Assembly: GCF_004365815.1 (NCBI RefSeq)
Contig: NZ_SODD01000030.1
Coordinates: forward strand, 1-30,756
Source of the DNA: Breznakia blatticola
GTDB taxonomy: Bacteria > Bacillota_I > Bacilli_A > Erysipelotrichales > Erysipelotrichaceae
Direction: 5' to 3'
Length of the DNA: 30,756 nt
Shown here: one piece after another, positions 16,103 to 24,744 of the stretch
Layout of the letters: each line of letters begins with the position of its first letter
Numbering within the stretch: position 1 is the stretch's first letter
The notes under the pieces: generated by a model
What the model was told of the DNA's origin: nothing
Databases searched by the model: none
Seen by the model: the letters and a program-made list of their open reading frames with translations, nothing else
Program-made: the position numbers and the translations under genes

Positions 16103-17407
16103 CTATCTTGCACGAGCATTAATGTGGATGGTTGTACCTGTAAAGTTAAACGCATCCCGTAAACGGTTCTCCAAGAATCTTTTGTATGAAAAATGTAATA
16201 ATTCCGGGTTATTTACAAATAATACAAAGGTTGGTGGACTTACACTTACCTGACTTGCATAATAAATACGTAAACGTACTCCATTATGTGTAGGTGGTGG
16301 TGTAACTAATTGTGCATCCAAAATAACTTCATTAACAACATTTGTTGGTAGACGAAGTGTTGAATAATCATGTACTTCATCAATTAATGGAATTAATGTT
16401 TGAATACGACTACGATTTAATGCACTTACAAAGGCAATTGGTGCATAATCTAAATATTTAAATTCTTCACGAATCAATTCAGTGACTTGATTCATTGTTT
16501 TTTCATCTTTATCGACAGTGTCCCATTTGTTGTAAACAATGATAACACCCTTCCCTGCTTCATGTGCATATCCAGCGACGTGTTTATCCTGTTCACGGAT
16601 TCCACTTTCACCATCTAACACAACAAGGACAACATCACTACGTTCAATGGCTGCCATCGCACGTAAGATGGAATACTTTTCGATGTTTTCGTAAATCTTT
16701 CCACGCTTACGAATACCTGCAGTATCGATAACGACATAATCCTTACCATTTACTTTGAATGGTGTATCTACTGCATCTCGTGTAGTTCCTTCAATATTAG
16801 AAACAATAACGCGTTCTTGGTTTAAGATCGCATTTACTAAACTTGATTTTCCAACGTTTGGACGTCCAATGATACAAAATTTTGTCATTTCATCATAATC
16901 TTTACGTTGTACATTTTCAAATGAATCAATGATGCTATCTAATACATCACCAATACCAATACCGTGAACTCCACTGACAGCAATTGGTTCTCCAATTCCT
17001 AGTGAATAGAATTCATAGATATTTGCTTGTAATTGGGTGTCATCGATTTTATTTACTGCCAAAATCACTGGCTTTTTTGTTTTACGTAATAAAGAAGCGA
17101 TATATTCATCATCTTTTGTTACGCCATCAATTCCACTCACGACAAATACAATAGAATCAGCTTCTTCTAAAGCGATATCCACTTGCATTTGTATTTCTTC
17201 TTTAAATGGTTGGTTGTCCAGTTGAATTCCACCAGTATCAATAATTCGAAATTCTTTGGTTAACCATTCTGCTTTTGCATACACACGGTCTCTAGTGACA
17301 CCAGGTGTATCTTCAACAATGGATTTACGTTCTCCAATCATTCGATTAAATATAGTAGATTTTCCGACATTTGGGCGACCAACGATTGCTGTAATCCCAC
17401 TAATCAT
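16103..17407 (-). CDS. der: Ribosome-biogenesis GTPase Der (EngA)
   Basis: 434 aa with two tandem GTPase domains (GRPNVGKS twice, DTGG/DTAG, NKID/NKWD) plus a KH-like C-terminus. 8-nt overlap with the cmk stop. Confidence 0.97.
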   Translation of the reverse strand: MISGITAIVGRPNVGKSTIFNRMIGERKSIVEDTPGVTRDRVYAKAEWLTKEFRIIDTGGIQLDNQPFKEEIQMQVDIALEEADSIVFVVSGIDGVTKDDEYIASLLRKTKKPVILAVNKIDDTQLQANIYEFYSLGIGEPIAVSGVHGIGIGDVLDSIIDSFENVQRKDYDEMTKFCIIGRPNVGKSSLVNAILNQERVIVSNIEGTTRDAVDTPFKVNGKDYVVIDTAGIRKRGKIYENIEKYSILRAMAAIERSDVVLVVLDGESGIREQDKHVAGYAHEAGKGVIIVYNKWDTVDKDEKTMNQVTELIREEFKYLDYAPIAFVSALNRSRIQTLIPLIDEVHDYSTLRLPTNVVNEVILDAQLVTPPPTHNGVRLRIYYASQVSVSPPTFVLFVNNPELLHFSYKRFLENRLRDAFNFTGTTIHINARAR

Positions 17408-18065
17408 TTTGTTTCTCTTTCTTTTGTATAATCGACAACACTTTATTGACTACTTGTTCAATATTCAATAAAGATGTATCAATTTCTATGGCATCATCTG
17501 CTTTTTTTAGCGGTGATGTCTCTCGATTCATATCTTGGTAGTCGCGTTGCTCAATATCTTTGGCAATTTGATCGTAATCAACATCGACTCCTTGCATTTT
17601 ATATTCTTCAAAACGACGTTTTGCTCTTGCTTCAACAGAAGCAACCATAAATATTTTTACTTCTGCATCAGGCAATACGACAGTTCCTATATCACGGCCA
17701 TCTAGAATAAATCCTTTAGCTTTGGCCATTTCTCTTTGTTTTGCGACCATCTTCTCACGAACGAGTAAGATTTTAGCAATACTACTTGTACGCATACTAA
17801 TTTCATTGGTACGAATGTTTTTAGAAACATCTTCTCCATTGATAAATACGTTTCCTGCTTTATCAAATGAAATCTCCATGTGTTGCAACATCTCATCTAA
17901 TGCGATTAAATCATTTAGTTCAATGTTATTTTTTAGACTTTGGTAAGCACAGCAACGATACATCGCCCCTGTGTCAATATGCACATAACCTAACTGTTTT
18001 GCTAACAGTTTCGCGATTGTACTTTTACCAGCCGCGCTTGGTCCATCAATCGCAATGTTAATCAT
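17400..18065 (-). CDS. cmk: Cytidylate kinase
   Basis: 221 aa with GAGGAG RBS. P-loop [18 protein letters not shown] and GRDIGTVV. Confidence 0.95.
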   Translation of the reverse strand: MINIAIDGPSAAGKSTIAKLLAKQLGYVHIDTGAMYRCCAYQSLKNNIELNDLIALDEMLQHMEISFDKAGNVFINGEDVSKNIRTNEISMRTSSIAKILLVREKMVAKQREMAKAKGFILDGRDIGTVVLPDAEVKIFMVASVEARAKRRFEEYKMQGVDVDYDQIAKDIEQRDYQDMNRETSPLKKADDAIEIDTSLLNIEQVVNKVLSIIQKKEKQND

Positions 18066-18080
18066 ACAAAAACTCCTCTC

Positions 18081-18923
18081 TTACATTTTAATGTTCATAA
18101 TCCAGTATACAACAGTAACAACTACTGCTAGTAGCAATACGATTAAGACTGCAATTATGATATTTAAAAGACGGTTATTTTTATCGACTCCATCATTTAA
18201 GGTATGAATTTCTTCTTCTTGCTCGTGAAGTTTTGTTTTCAGTTGCAATGTTTGATCAAGTAATTCATCATAATTTGTTGTATCTTCATCATCTTGGCTA
18301 GAAACACTAGGCATAGACATGTTTGTTGTTACATCTTTAGCAGTTGGTAAAACAATTGTTTGTTCACTTTCTACTGCTACTTCAGGTTGTACGATTTCTT
18401 CACGTACATCTTCAAGTGGTTGTACTTCTTCCTGGTGAATTAAATCTTGCACTTGTCGTGCAATTTCTTGTGTCATTGACATACGATCTTCTTCATCCAT
18501 CGCTTGGATATTCGGAATTTCGTTAGTTGTATACACACTAGGGTTTTCAATCACTCCACTTGCTTCATGAACCTCAGTTTTTTGAGCTTCATTATCCATA
18601 TATGATGCACGTTTTTGACGTTGCTTACTTGATAATTGTTGCAAGATATCAAGTCTTGTATCTTCACTTTCACGAACACCTTTTTTCATATTATAATCAC
18701 GTACCTCTTGTAAGAAGTCATCCAAGTATTCGTTTTTAAACTCTCCTGTTGTTTCTGAGTTTGTATAATTTACCGAACGTTTTTGATGTGAGGGTGCTTT
18801 ATTTTCCTCAACTTGTTTATTTAACTGTTGTAATGCTTGTTGCACAGCTTGTTCATCATCTTGGTTTTGATTTAAGGTTTGACGAAGTGCCTCGTATTTT
18901 TTTACTCTTGAATTTTCACTCAT
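18081..18923 (-). CDS. Hypothetical acidic, Gln/Glu-rich tail-anchored membrane protein
   Basis: I place the start at the second ATG (18923), because the GGAGGA of the first codons (ATGGAGGAT) sits 7 nt upstream of it. About 250 aa of low-complexity polar sequence is followed by a single C-terminal TM (LLNIIIAVLIVLLLAVVVTVVYWI). No family recognised. Confidence 0.65.
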   Translation of the reverse strand: MSENSRVKKYEALRQTLNQNQDDEQAVQQALQQLNKQVEENKAPSHQKRSVNYTNSETTGEFKNEYLDDFLQEVRDYNMKKGVRESEDTRLDILQQLSSKQRQKRASYMDNEAQKTEVHEASGVIENPSVYTTNEIPNIQAMDEEDRMSMTQEIARQVQDLIHQEEVQPLEDVREEIVQPEVAVESEQTIVLPTAKDVTTNMSMPSVSSQDDEDTTNYDELLDQTLQLKTKLHEQEEEIHTLNDGVDKNNRLLNIIIAVLIVLLLAVVVTVVYWIMNIKM

Positions 18924-18946
18924 TTTCAAATCCTCCATACTTGTCT

Positions 18947-18955
18947 ATTATAACA
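18947..18955 (-). promoter_or_regulatory. Extended -10 promoter element for the tail-anchored protein/cmk/der/gpsA string
   Basis: The minus strand reads TGTTATAAT (18955-18947), downstream of the efp terminator. Confidence 0.45.
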
Positions 18956-18986
18956 AATTCCAAATTGCATGCATACCGATATTCAA

Positions 18987-19007
18987 TAAAAAAGCCCCTT
19001 TCGGAGC
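18987..19007 (-). terminator. Rho-independent terminator after efp
   Basis: On the minus strand, GCTCC-gaaa-GGGGC is followed by T6. Confidence 0.7.
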
Positions 19008-19020
19008 ATTTTGTTATGAT

Positions 19021-19578
19021 TTATGCACGCCCTGCATATTTTCCATCAGATGTAGATACAAGAATGATTTCATCTTGATCGATAAATAATGGAACACGGA
19101 TGCTATATCCAGTTTCAAGAACAGCATTCTTTTGTGCGTTTGTTGCTGTATCTCCTTTTACTGCTGGTTCACTTTCAACGATTTTTAGAGCGACTTTATC
19201 AGGTAATACGACTCCAAGAATTTCGTTTTCAAACATAGTGATAACAACATTGTCATTTTCTTTTAAGAAGTTCATTTCCCATTCTACATTGCTTTTAGGA
19301 AGTTCTACTTGTTCATAACTTTCGTTATCCATAAGAATTAAGTTTTCACCATCATCGTATAAGTATTGCATTTCTCTTTTATCGATGTGAGCTGGTTCTA
19401 CTTTATCTGATGAGTTGAATGATAACTCTGTAATTGCTCCTGTACGTAAGTTACGCACTTTCGCTTTGATTGTTGTTGCACTACGAGCCGTTTTGTTGTG
19501 TGAGTAGTCAAGTACAACATAAATATTTCCATCTTGTTGGAATGTAATTCCTGGTTTTAATTCGTTTGATTGTAACAT
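19021..19578 (-). CDS. efp: Translation elongation factor P (Arg32 loop variant)
   Basis: 185 aa with AGGAG RBS. It aligns without gaps to B. subtilis EF-P from residue 1 through residue 44, and other segments match by eye (RNLRTGA, MQYLYDDG, EPAVKGDTA, ETGYSIRVPLF). The loop is HNKTARSAT instead of HVKPGKGAA. Confidence 0.95.
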   Translation of the reverse strand: MLQSNELKPGITFQQDGNIYVVLDYSHNKTARSATTIKAKVRNLRTGAITELSFNSSDKVEPAHIDKREMQYLYDDGENLILMDNESYEQVELPKSNVEWEMNFLKENDNVVITMFENEILGVVLPDKVALKIVESEPAVKGDTATNAQKNAVLETGYSIRVPLFIDQDEIILVSTSDGKYAGRA

Positions 19579-19630
19579 AAGTTCTCCTTTTTCTTGTCTA
19601 TTGTAAACTTTTTTTCATCTTTTTAAAAGA

Positions 19631-21049
19631 TTAACGACGTTTTTTAAGTTTCGATACAAATTTCTTCTTACCTGGCATTTGGTTCATTGCAGGCATACCA
19701 CCTTGTGCCATGTTTTGCATAGCTGCCATATCAGGTGCTTGTCCTTGCTGAGACATACGAGCCATCATCGTCATCATTTTCTTCGATTTTTCAAATTGTG
19801 TCAGAAGTTTATTTACATCACCAACACTATGTCCACTACCATTAGCGATTCTTCTCTTTCTAGAAGAACGAATTTGATCTGGATTCTCTCTTTCAAATTT
19901 GGTCATGGATTGAATCATCGCTTTGGTATGTTTCATTTGATCATCAGCTTTCATATCGTCTATGCTTTCCATCATTTGTCCCATACCTGGTACTAATTTC
20001 ATGATTTTGCTAAGCGATCCCATCTTGTTGATTTGTTCAAGTTGTACCAACATATCATTAAGGTCAAATTTACCTTCCATCATACGACGTGAACTCTCTT
20101 CAGCAGCATCAAGATCCATTTTTTCTTCAGCTTGTTCAAGTAGAGTTAATAAATCTCCCATTCCTAGGATACGTTCTGCCATACGGTCTGGGTGGAACAC
20201 GTCTAAGTCTTCGATTTTCTCTCCTGTACCAACAAACTTAACTGGGACATGTGTGATTGCACGAACGGATAGGATTCCCCCACCACGTGCATCTCCATCA
20301 AGTTTTGTAAGAACTAAACCAGTAACATCTAATTTCTCATTAAAACTCTCCGCAACATTGACAATATCTTGTCCAGTCATCGCATCTACAGTTAATAGGA
20401 TATCACTTGGTTTTACTGCTTTTTTGATTTTCTCAAGTTCTTTCATCAATTCTTCATCTACATGAAGACGACCAGCAGTATCAAAAAGTACAGTATCATA
20501 TCCGTTAGCTTTTGCATATGCTAAAGCATTTTTCGCAGTTGTTAATGCATCAACTTGGACACCTTCAGTATACACTTCAACATCAATTTGTTTTCCAAGT
20601 GTTTGCAATTGTTCAATTGCAGCAGGACGAATCACATCACATGCAGCAAGCAATACTTTACGATCTTGTTTTTTACTCATCAAGTTTGCTATTTTCGCAG
20701 ATGCAGTTGTTTTCCCAGTCCCTTGTAAACCAACCATCATGATTGTTGTAATTCCATCTTCTTTATAGTTGATTTCAGCAGTTGTTGAACCCAATAAATT
20801 GGTTAGTTCATCACGCACGATTTTTAGAACCATTTGTGCTGGATCTAGTGCATCATAAACTTTTTGTCCGAGCGCTTGCTCTTTAATTGTTTCAATAAAA
20901 TCTTTTACTACACGGTAGTTAACATCAGCTTCAAGTAGTGACATGCGCACTTCTTTAAGCATTTCATCCATGTTCTTTTCAGTAAGTTTACCCTTACCAC
21001 TAATATTTTTAAACGCTCGATTGAGTCGTTTTGTTAATGAATCAAACAT
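19631..21049 (-). CDS. ffh: Signal recognition particle protein Ffh
   Basis: 472 aa. N domain, G domain (GLQGTGKTT, DTAGR, TKLDGD) and a Met-rich M domain at the C-terminus. Confidence 0.97.
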   Translation of the reverse strand: MFDSLTKRLNRAFKNISGKGKLTEKNMDEMLKEVRMSLLEADVNYRVVKDFIETIKEQALGQKVYDALDPAQMVLKIVRDELTNLLGSTTAEINYKEDGITTIMMVGLQGTGKTTASAKIANLMSKKQDRKVLLAACDVIRPAAIEQLQTLGKQIDVEVYTEGVQVDALTTAKNALAYAKANGYDTVLFDTAGRLHVDEELMKELEKIKKAVKPSDILLTVDAMTGQDIVNVAESFNEKLDVTGLVLTKLDGDARGGGILSVRAITHVPVKFVGTGEKIEDLDVFHPDRMAERILGMGDLLTLLEQAEEKMDLDAAEESSRRMMEGKFDLNDMLVQLEQINKMGSLSKIMKLVPGMGQMMESIDDMKADDQMKHTKAMIQSMTKFERENPDQIRSSRKRRIANGSGHSVGDVNKLLTQFEKSKKMMTMMARMSQQGQAPDMAAMQNMAQGGMPAMNQMPGKKKFVSKLKKRR

Positions 21050-21080
21050 TGTATCATACCTTTCTATTTTGCCACATCTT

Positions 21081-21089
21081 ATTATATCA
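21081..21089 (-). promoter_or_regulatory. Extended -10 promoter element upstream of ffh
   Basis: The minus strand reads TGATATAAT (21089-21081), about 30 nt upstream of the ffh ATG. GAAAGG RBS. Confidence 0.45.
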
Positions 21090-21099
21090 AATTATCATG

Positions 21100-21456
21100 C
21101 TATTGAGAATATTTTCTTTTGAGTTCATCCATACGGTTTTCTAACATCTTTTCAATAGAATCATACGGCATCTCTTTAGTAAAAGGAAGTTGGATGGTTC
21201 CTTTTGCAGTTTTAAAGCCTGGTTCCAATTTCTGAAAATATAGTACACCAGAAGGGCTAGGATATAGACCTATATGTTGTTTCATAAGTGCAAAATGTAC
21301 AACATTTGTATGCCAGTAAAATGTAGGCATTCCATATCGAATCCGTTCTTCTGCTTCAGGCATAATTTTTTTGATCAAGTAATAAAGATTCCATAGACGT
21401 TCTTGTCTTTCATTTGGAGCATTTTCAATATATGTTTCAATTTCTGTTTTTGGCAT
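21100..21456 (-). CDS. DUF1801-domain protein (YdhG/iron-chaperone-like)
   Basis: Start at ATG 21456 (GAGGTG 4 nt upstream). The pattern IE.YI...P...Q..L..L...I....P.AEE.I.YGMPTF......V.FA..K.HIGLYP fits DUF1801. Confidence 0.8.
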   Translation of the reverse strand: MPKTEIETYIENAPNERQERLWNLYYLIKKIMPEAEERIRYGMPTFYWHTNVVHFALMKQHIGLYPSPSGVLYFQKLEPGFKTAKGTIQLPFTKEMPYDSIEKMLENRMDELKRKYSQ

Positions 21457-21516
21457 ATAACACCTCACTATCTCTTAAGTATAACGCATATTTTATCGAT
21501 GCATACATAAATGACT

Positions 21517-21547
21517 AAAAAAGATGCTCCCAATTGGAAACATCTTT
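21517..21547 (-). terminator. Rho-independent terminator after the 5'-nucleotidase gene
   Basis: On the minus strand, AAAGATG...CCAATTGG...CATCTTT forms a long hairpin followed by T6. Confidence 0.7.
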
Positions 21548-21553
21548 ATTGTT

Positions 21554-23500
21554 TTATGCTTTACGTTTTCTTGTATACATAATTCCTAAGGCACTGCATG
21601 CAAGTAATCCATATAGAAGTACAATACTTGTTGGATCATATGTATTAACAGACCCACCTGCATTTGGTGTTGTACTTGGCTGTGATTGATCAACTGCTTT
21701 TACTTGTACATCAATTTGAACGATTTGTGTATATAGTTCATTTTGTACATCTGTGTATGAAACCGTTAGGAAAAGTGGATATGTTTTGTTTTCATTTTTT
21801 GCATCTTTGATTGCTTTTAAACTAGCTGCATCAATATCTACTGTATACGCATCAACAACTTCTCCGTCAATTGTAACTGTTAGCTTTGCAAGACTTTGAA
21901 TTTGTTTTTGATCTAAAGTTGAAAGTTTATCATAGCGAATATCAAAGTTTGATGCATACACTTGAAGTTCTACTTCGTGATCAACAACTTTTGTTGTATC
22001 TACTAATCGACCTTCAATTTCTGCTTTAAAGGTATGTGCATTTGCTTTAGCATAGGTAATGAAATCAGGATATACAGAACCATGAGCAATATATTCGAAA
22101 TTGGCAAGTCGTTCATCACTTAAAAACCAAGCAAGCATATCTTCACGAGTAATCGCACGATACACAACATCTGCTTCAACTGTACGTCCATCATCTAAAA
22201 CGATTTTTTCAATACGTTCACCTACAGGTCTTGTAGGATCAAAGTACACTTTCATTCCAGCAAAGTGTTGGAAATTGTTGTTTTCCTCCGGATATGTAGC
22301 AAGTGCATTTTCCATTGCAGCATAGATTTCTTTACCACTTAATTCAAATGACAACAAGCGTTGTTCTGAACCAAGTGTATTTAATAATTCATCATATGTT
22401 ACATCACCTTTTGGTAAGTCTTGACGAATGGTAACTCCTGGAGCAAATGAAACATCTGCATTCCCTTTTGCAGTTGCCAAATATGCATCAGATACAATAT
22501 TTCCTAAGTTTGTTTCTTGTTTTCTAATCACTTGACGATTTCCAGTTAGATCGACTGGTGTAGTAAACATAACTTCTTTTAAAATTGTTTCATTTTTTGC
22601 ACGAACATTATCAATAATTTCTTGAATTTGTGCATCTGGTGTAATACCACGTGATTCCGCTTCACTTATTGGAATAATTGTTGAAGTAACATCTACGACT
22701 TCACCATTTTTAAGGTATAACTCCATCACTCCAAAGTTATTTCCGTATTCCCCAGTTTCAGCAATTAATACACCATTATGCATTAAGCCTCCATCATGAA
22801 CTGTATGACAGTGTGCATCAACAATCGCTGTAAACCAGTCGCACTTTTCTGCTAAGTATTTACTTGTCAGTTCTGGATTTGAATCTTTAACGCCTAAGTG
22901 TGTTACACCGATAAAGATTGTTGCACCTTCAGCAGTTGCTTTTGCTTTTAGTTCTTCCGCTTTTGCGACTGTACGTGCTCCAAATCCTTCAGGATTATAT
23001 GCAGTTGTTAATCCTAAGTATGCAATTTTAATCCCGTTATAGTCTTTAATTACATACTCTTCCACATCAGGAATTGCCGCTAATAAATCTGGTTCAGCAT
23101 TGGCTCCTAAAATTGGGAAATTTGCTGCATCGACAATATCGCTAAGCATATCAAATTTCATCGCATATTCATGATTACCTAATGTCATCATATCGTAACC
23201 AACTGCATTCATCACTGTGGCAACATCTAATCCTCGTGACATAGAAGCAAATGAAGTTCCAGCAAATGCGTCTCCGGCAGAAACGATTGTATATGCTTCA
23301 CCTGCCGCTTCTAATTTGTTAGCATAGCCTTTTACGTATGGTTCTACATCAACAAAACTATGCACATCATTTGTGTGAATGATTGTAATTTTCTTATCGA
23401 AATCTAAAGCATGAACTTGCCGTAATGTTGATGGTACAACAAGTGAAAACATGCTGATTGTTACAAATAAACTAAGTACTATTTTTTTTAATCTTTTCAT
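21554..23500 (-). CDS. Secreted, cell-surface bifunctional metallophosphatase/5'-nucleotidase
   Basis: 648 aa. Signal peptide (MKRLKKIVLSLFVTISMFSLVV). Calcineurin-like metallophosphoesterase motifs (TNDVHS, GDAFAG, GNHEY, GVTHLG), a 5'-nucleotidase C-terminal domain and an extra domain. The C-terminus has a TM plus a basic tail. Confidence 0.9.
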   Translation of the reverse strand: MKRLKKIVLSLFVTISMFSLVVPSTLRQVHALDFDKKITIIHTNDVHSFVDVEPYVKGYANKLEAAGEAYTIVSAGDAFAGTSFASMSRGLDVATVMNAVGYDMMTLGNHEYAMKFDMLSDIVDAANFPILGANAEPDLLAAIPDVEEYVIKDYNGIKIAYLGLTTAYNPEGFGARTVAKAEELKAKATAEGATIFIGVTHLGVKDSNPELTSKYLAEKCDWFTAIVDAHCHTVHDGGLMHNGVLIAETGEYGNNFGVMELYLKNGEVVDVTSTIIPISEAESRGITPDAQIQEIIDNVRAKNETILKEVMFTTPVDLTGNRQVIRKQETNLGNIVSDAYLATAKGNADVSFAPGVTIRQDLPKGDVTYDELLNTLGSEQRLLSFELSGKEIYAAMENALATYPEENNNFQHFAGMKVYFDPTRPVGERIEKIVLDDGRTVEADVVYRAITREDMLAWFLSDERLANFEYIAHGSVYPDFITYAKANAHTFKAEIEGRLVDTTKVVDHEVELQVYASNFDIRYDKLSTLDQKQIQSLAKLTVTIDGEVVDAYTVDIDAASLKAIKDAKNENKTYPLFLTVSYTDVQNELYTQIVQIDVQVKAVDQSQPSTTPNAGGSVNTYDPTSIVLLYGLLACSALGIMYTRKRKA

Positions 23501-23663
23501 TTTTTGTTCCCTCTTTTATGTGTTAGTTTCTCCCTGTAAAATGTAAATCCTTTCACAATATGATTCCCCTAAATGCATATTGCTACTTGATTTATGTATA
23601 TTTACAAGCTGTTTTTCACCTTCCTTTCTGTGCTTGTTTTTACCGTATCTTAAAATATGAACA

Positions 23664-23707
23664 TAAAAAAACCTATACGTAGACAAAAACTGTCGATGTA
23701 TAGGTTT
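23664..23707 (-). terminator. Strong intrinsic terminator between the HAD gene and the 5'-nucleotidase gene
   Basis: On the minus strand, AAACCTATACATCGACAG-tttt-TGTCTACGTATAGGTTT (about 17 positions, 2 mismatches) is followed by T7. Confidence 0.75.
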
Positions 23708-23748
23708 AGCTTGCTTATGCAATCACTATCCTGTTCTTTTGTAAATTC

Positions 23749-23777
23749 ATCATAACAAAGCCAAGTAAGCATGTCAA
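23749..23777 (-). promoter_or_regulatory. Near-consensus sigma-A promoter located upstream of the 23664-23707 terminator
   Basis: On the minus strand, TTGACA (23777-23772), exactly 17 nt, TATGAT (23754-23749). Confidence 0.55.
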
Positions 23778-23812
23778 TCATTCTCACAGATTAAATGAAA
23801 GCGATTACAAAT

Positions 23813-24643
23813 TTACCATCCTTTTGGTGCAAATACATGTGTTTCTATAAAATGTGCAAAGCCTTCTTCATCACAAGTTTTTTCTGTAATCACATCGGCA
23901 ATTGCTTTGGTGTCTTCACTACCATTTAATAAGCAAACGCCAAGTCCGCTTGCTTCAAGCATGTCATTATCATTTGACATATCACCAAAAGCCATCACGT
24001 TTGCGACATCGATGTGATTACGTTTGCAGTATTCCTTCATCGCAAATGCTTTTGAGACATTGCTATTGGCAAATTCTAGCATTGTTGTCTGCGTTTTGAA
24101 TGCTTTATAATTATTTGATTCGTGTTGTTTTACATATGCTTCAATCTCTGGCATTTTGTCTTCATCAATTCGAAACATAATCTTTGCATTTTTCTCTTTA
24201 TAAAACTCACTTTTATCATCAACTAAAACAATGGTCTTCCCTACTTTATCTGCAGAATACTGTACCATTTCATCCATTCGTGTCGCTAGAAAACGACCAC
24301 CGTCCAAATACATGTAAGGATTTAAATTGAAAGGTTCCATCAATTCTAAAATTTCCTTAATCCAAGCGGTTTCTAGTAAATAATAGGAATGATAACTACG
24401 ATCATTTCCATCCCATAACTGACAACCATTTAAACCTAAAAGCATCGTTGTTTCTTTTTCTAATCCCCAACGTTTTACTTGTGCTTCAATTTCATCTAAG
24501 GGACGACCAGATGCAAGACCAAAATGTACACCATGTGCATGCAATTTGGAAATCACTTGCTTGGTATACTCTTGCATTTCATGTGTTAGTGGTGAGACAA
24601 GTGTATTATCAATATCACAAATAACTAACTGTAAATTTTCCAT
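23813..24643 (-). CDS. Cof-type HAD-IIB family hydrolase
   Basis: 276 aa with AAGGAG RBS. Motif I ICDIDNTL, GLASGR and GDMSNDNDM. It is a paralogue type of the gene at 177-956. Confidence 0.9.
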   Translation of the reverse strand: MENLQLVICDIDNTLVSPLTHEMQEYTKQVISKLHAHGVHFGLASGRPLDEIEAQVKRWGLEKETTMLLGLNGCQLWDGNDRSYHSYYLLETAWIKEILELMEPFNLNPYMYLDGGRFLATRMDEMVQYSADKVGKTIVLVDDKSEFYKEKNAKIMFRIDEDKMPEIEAYVKQHESNNYKAFKTQTTMLEFANSNVSKAFAMKEYCKRNHIDVANVMAFGDMSNDNDMLEASGLGVCLLNGSEDTKAIADVITEKTCDEEGFAHFIETHVFAPKGW

Positions 24644-24711
24644 TATAAAGACTCTCCTTTATTTCGTTTGTATACCTTTATTATAAACCCTCTAGTAACT
24701 ATAGAGTCCAC

Positions 24712-24739
24712 AAAATAAAAAGACATAAAAATATGTCTC
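24712..24739 (-). terminator. Rho-independent terminator after rlmA
   Basis: On the minus strand, AGACAT-attttt-ATGTCT is followed by TTTTATTTT. Confidence 0.7.
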
Positions 24740-24744
24740 ATTAC

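Noticed and set aside
19679-20742. Three + strand ORFs (105, 167 and 76 aa) antisense to ffh.
   Set aside because: These are shadow ORFs of a highly conserved gene. They are Ser/Ile/His-rich, match no recognisable motif and have no SD.
23516-23722. 68-aa minus-strand ORF in the HAD/nucleotidase intergenic region.
   Set aside because: It reads straight through the strong terminator hairpin (23664-23707), has no RBS and has an odd basic, aromatic composition. The region is better explained as promoter, terminator and leader.
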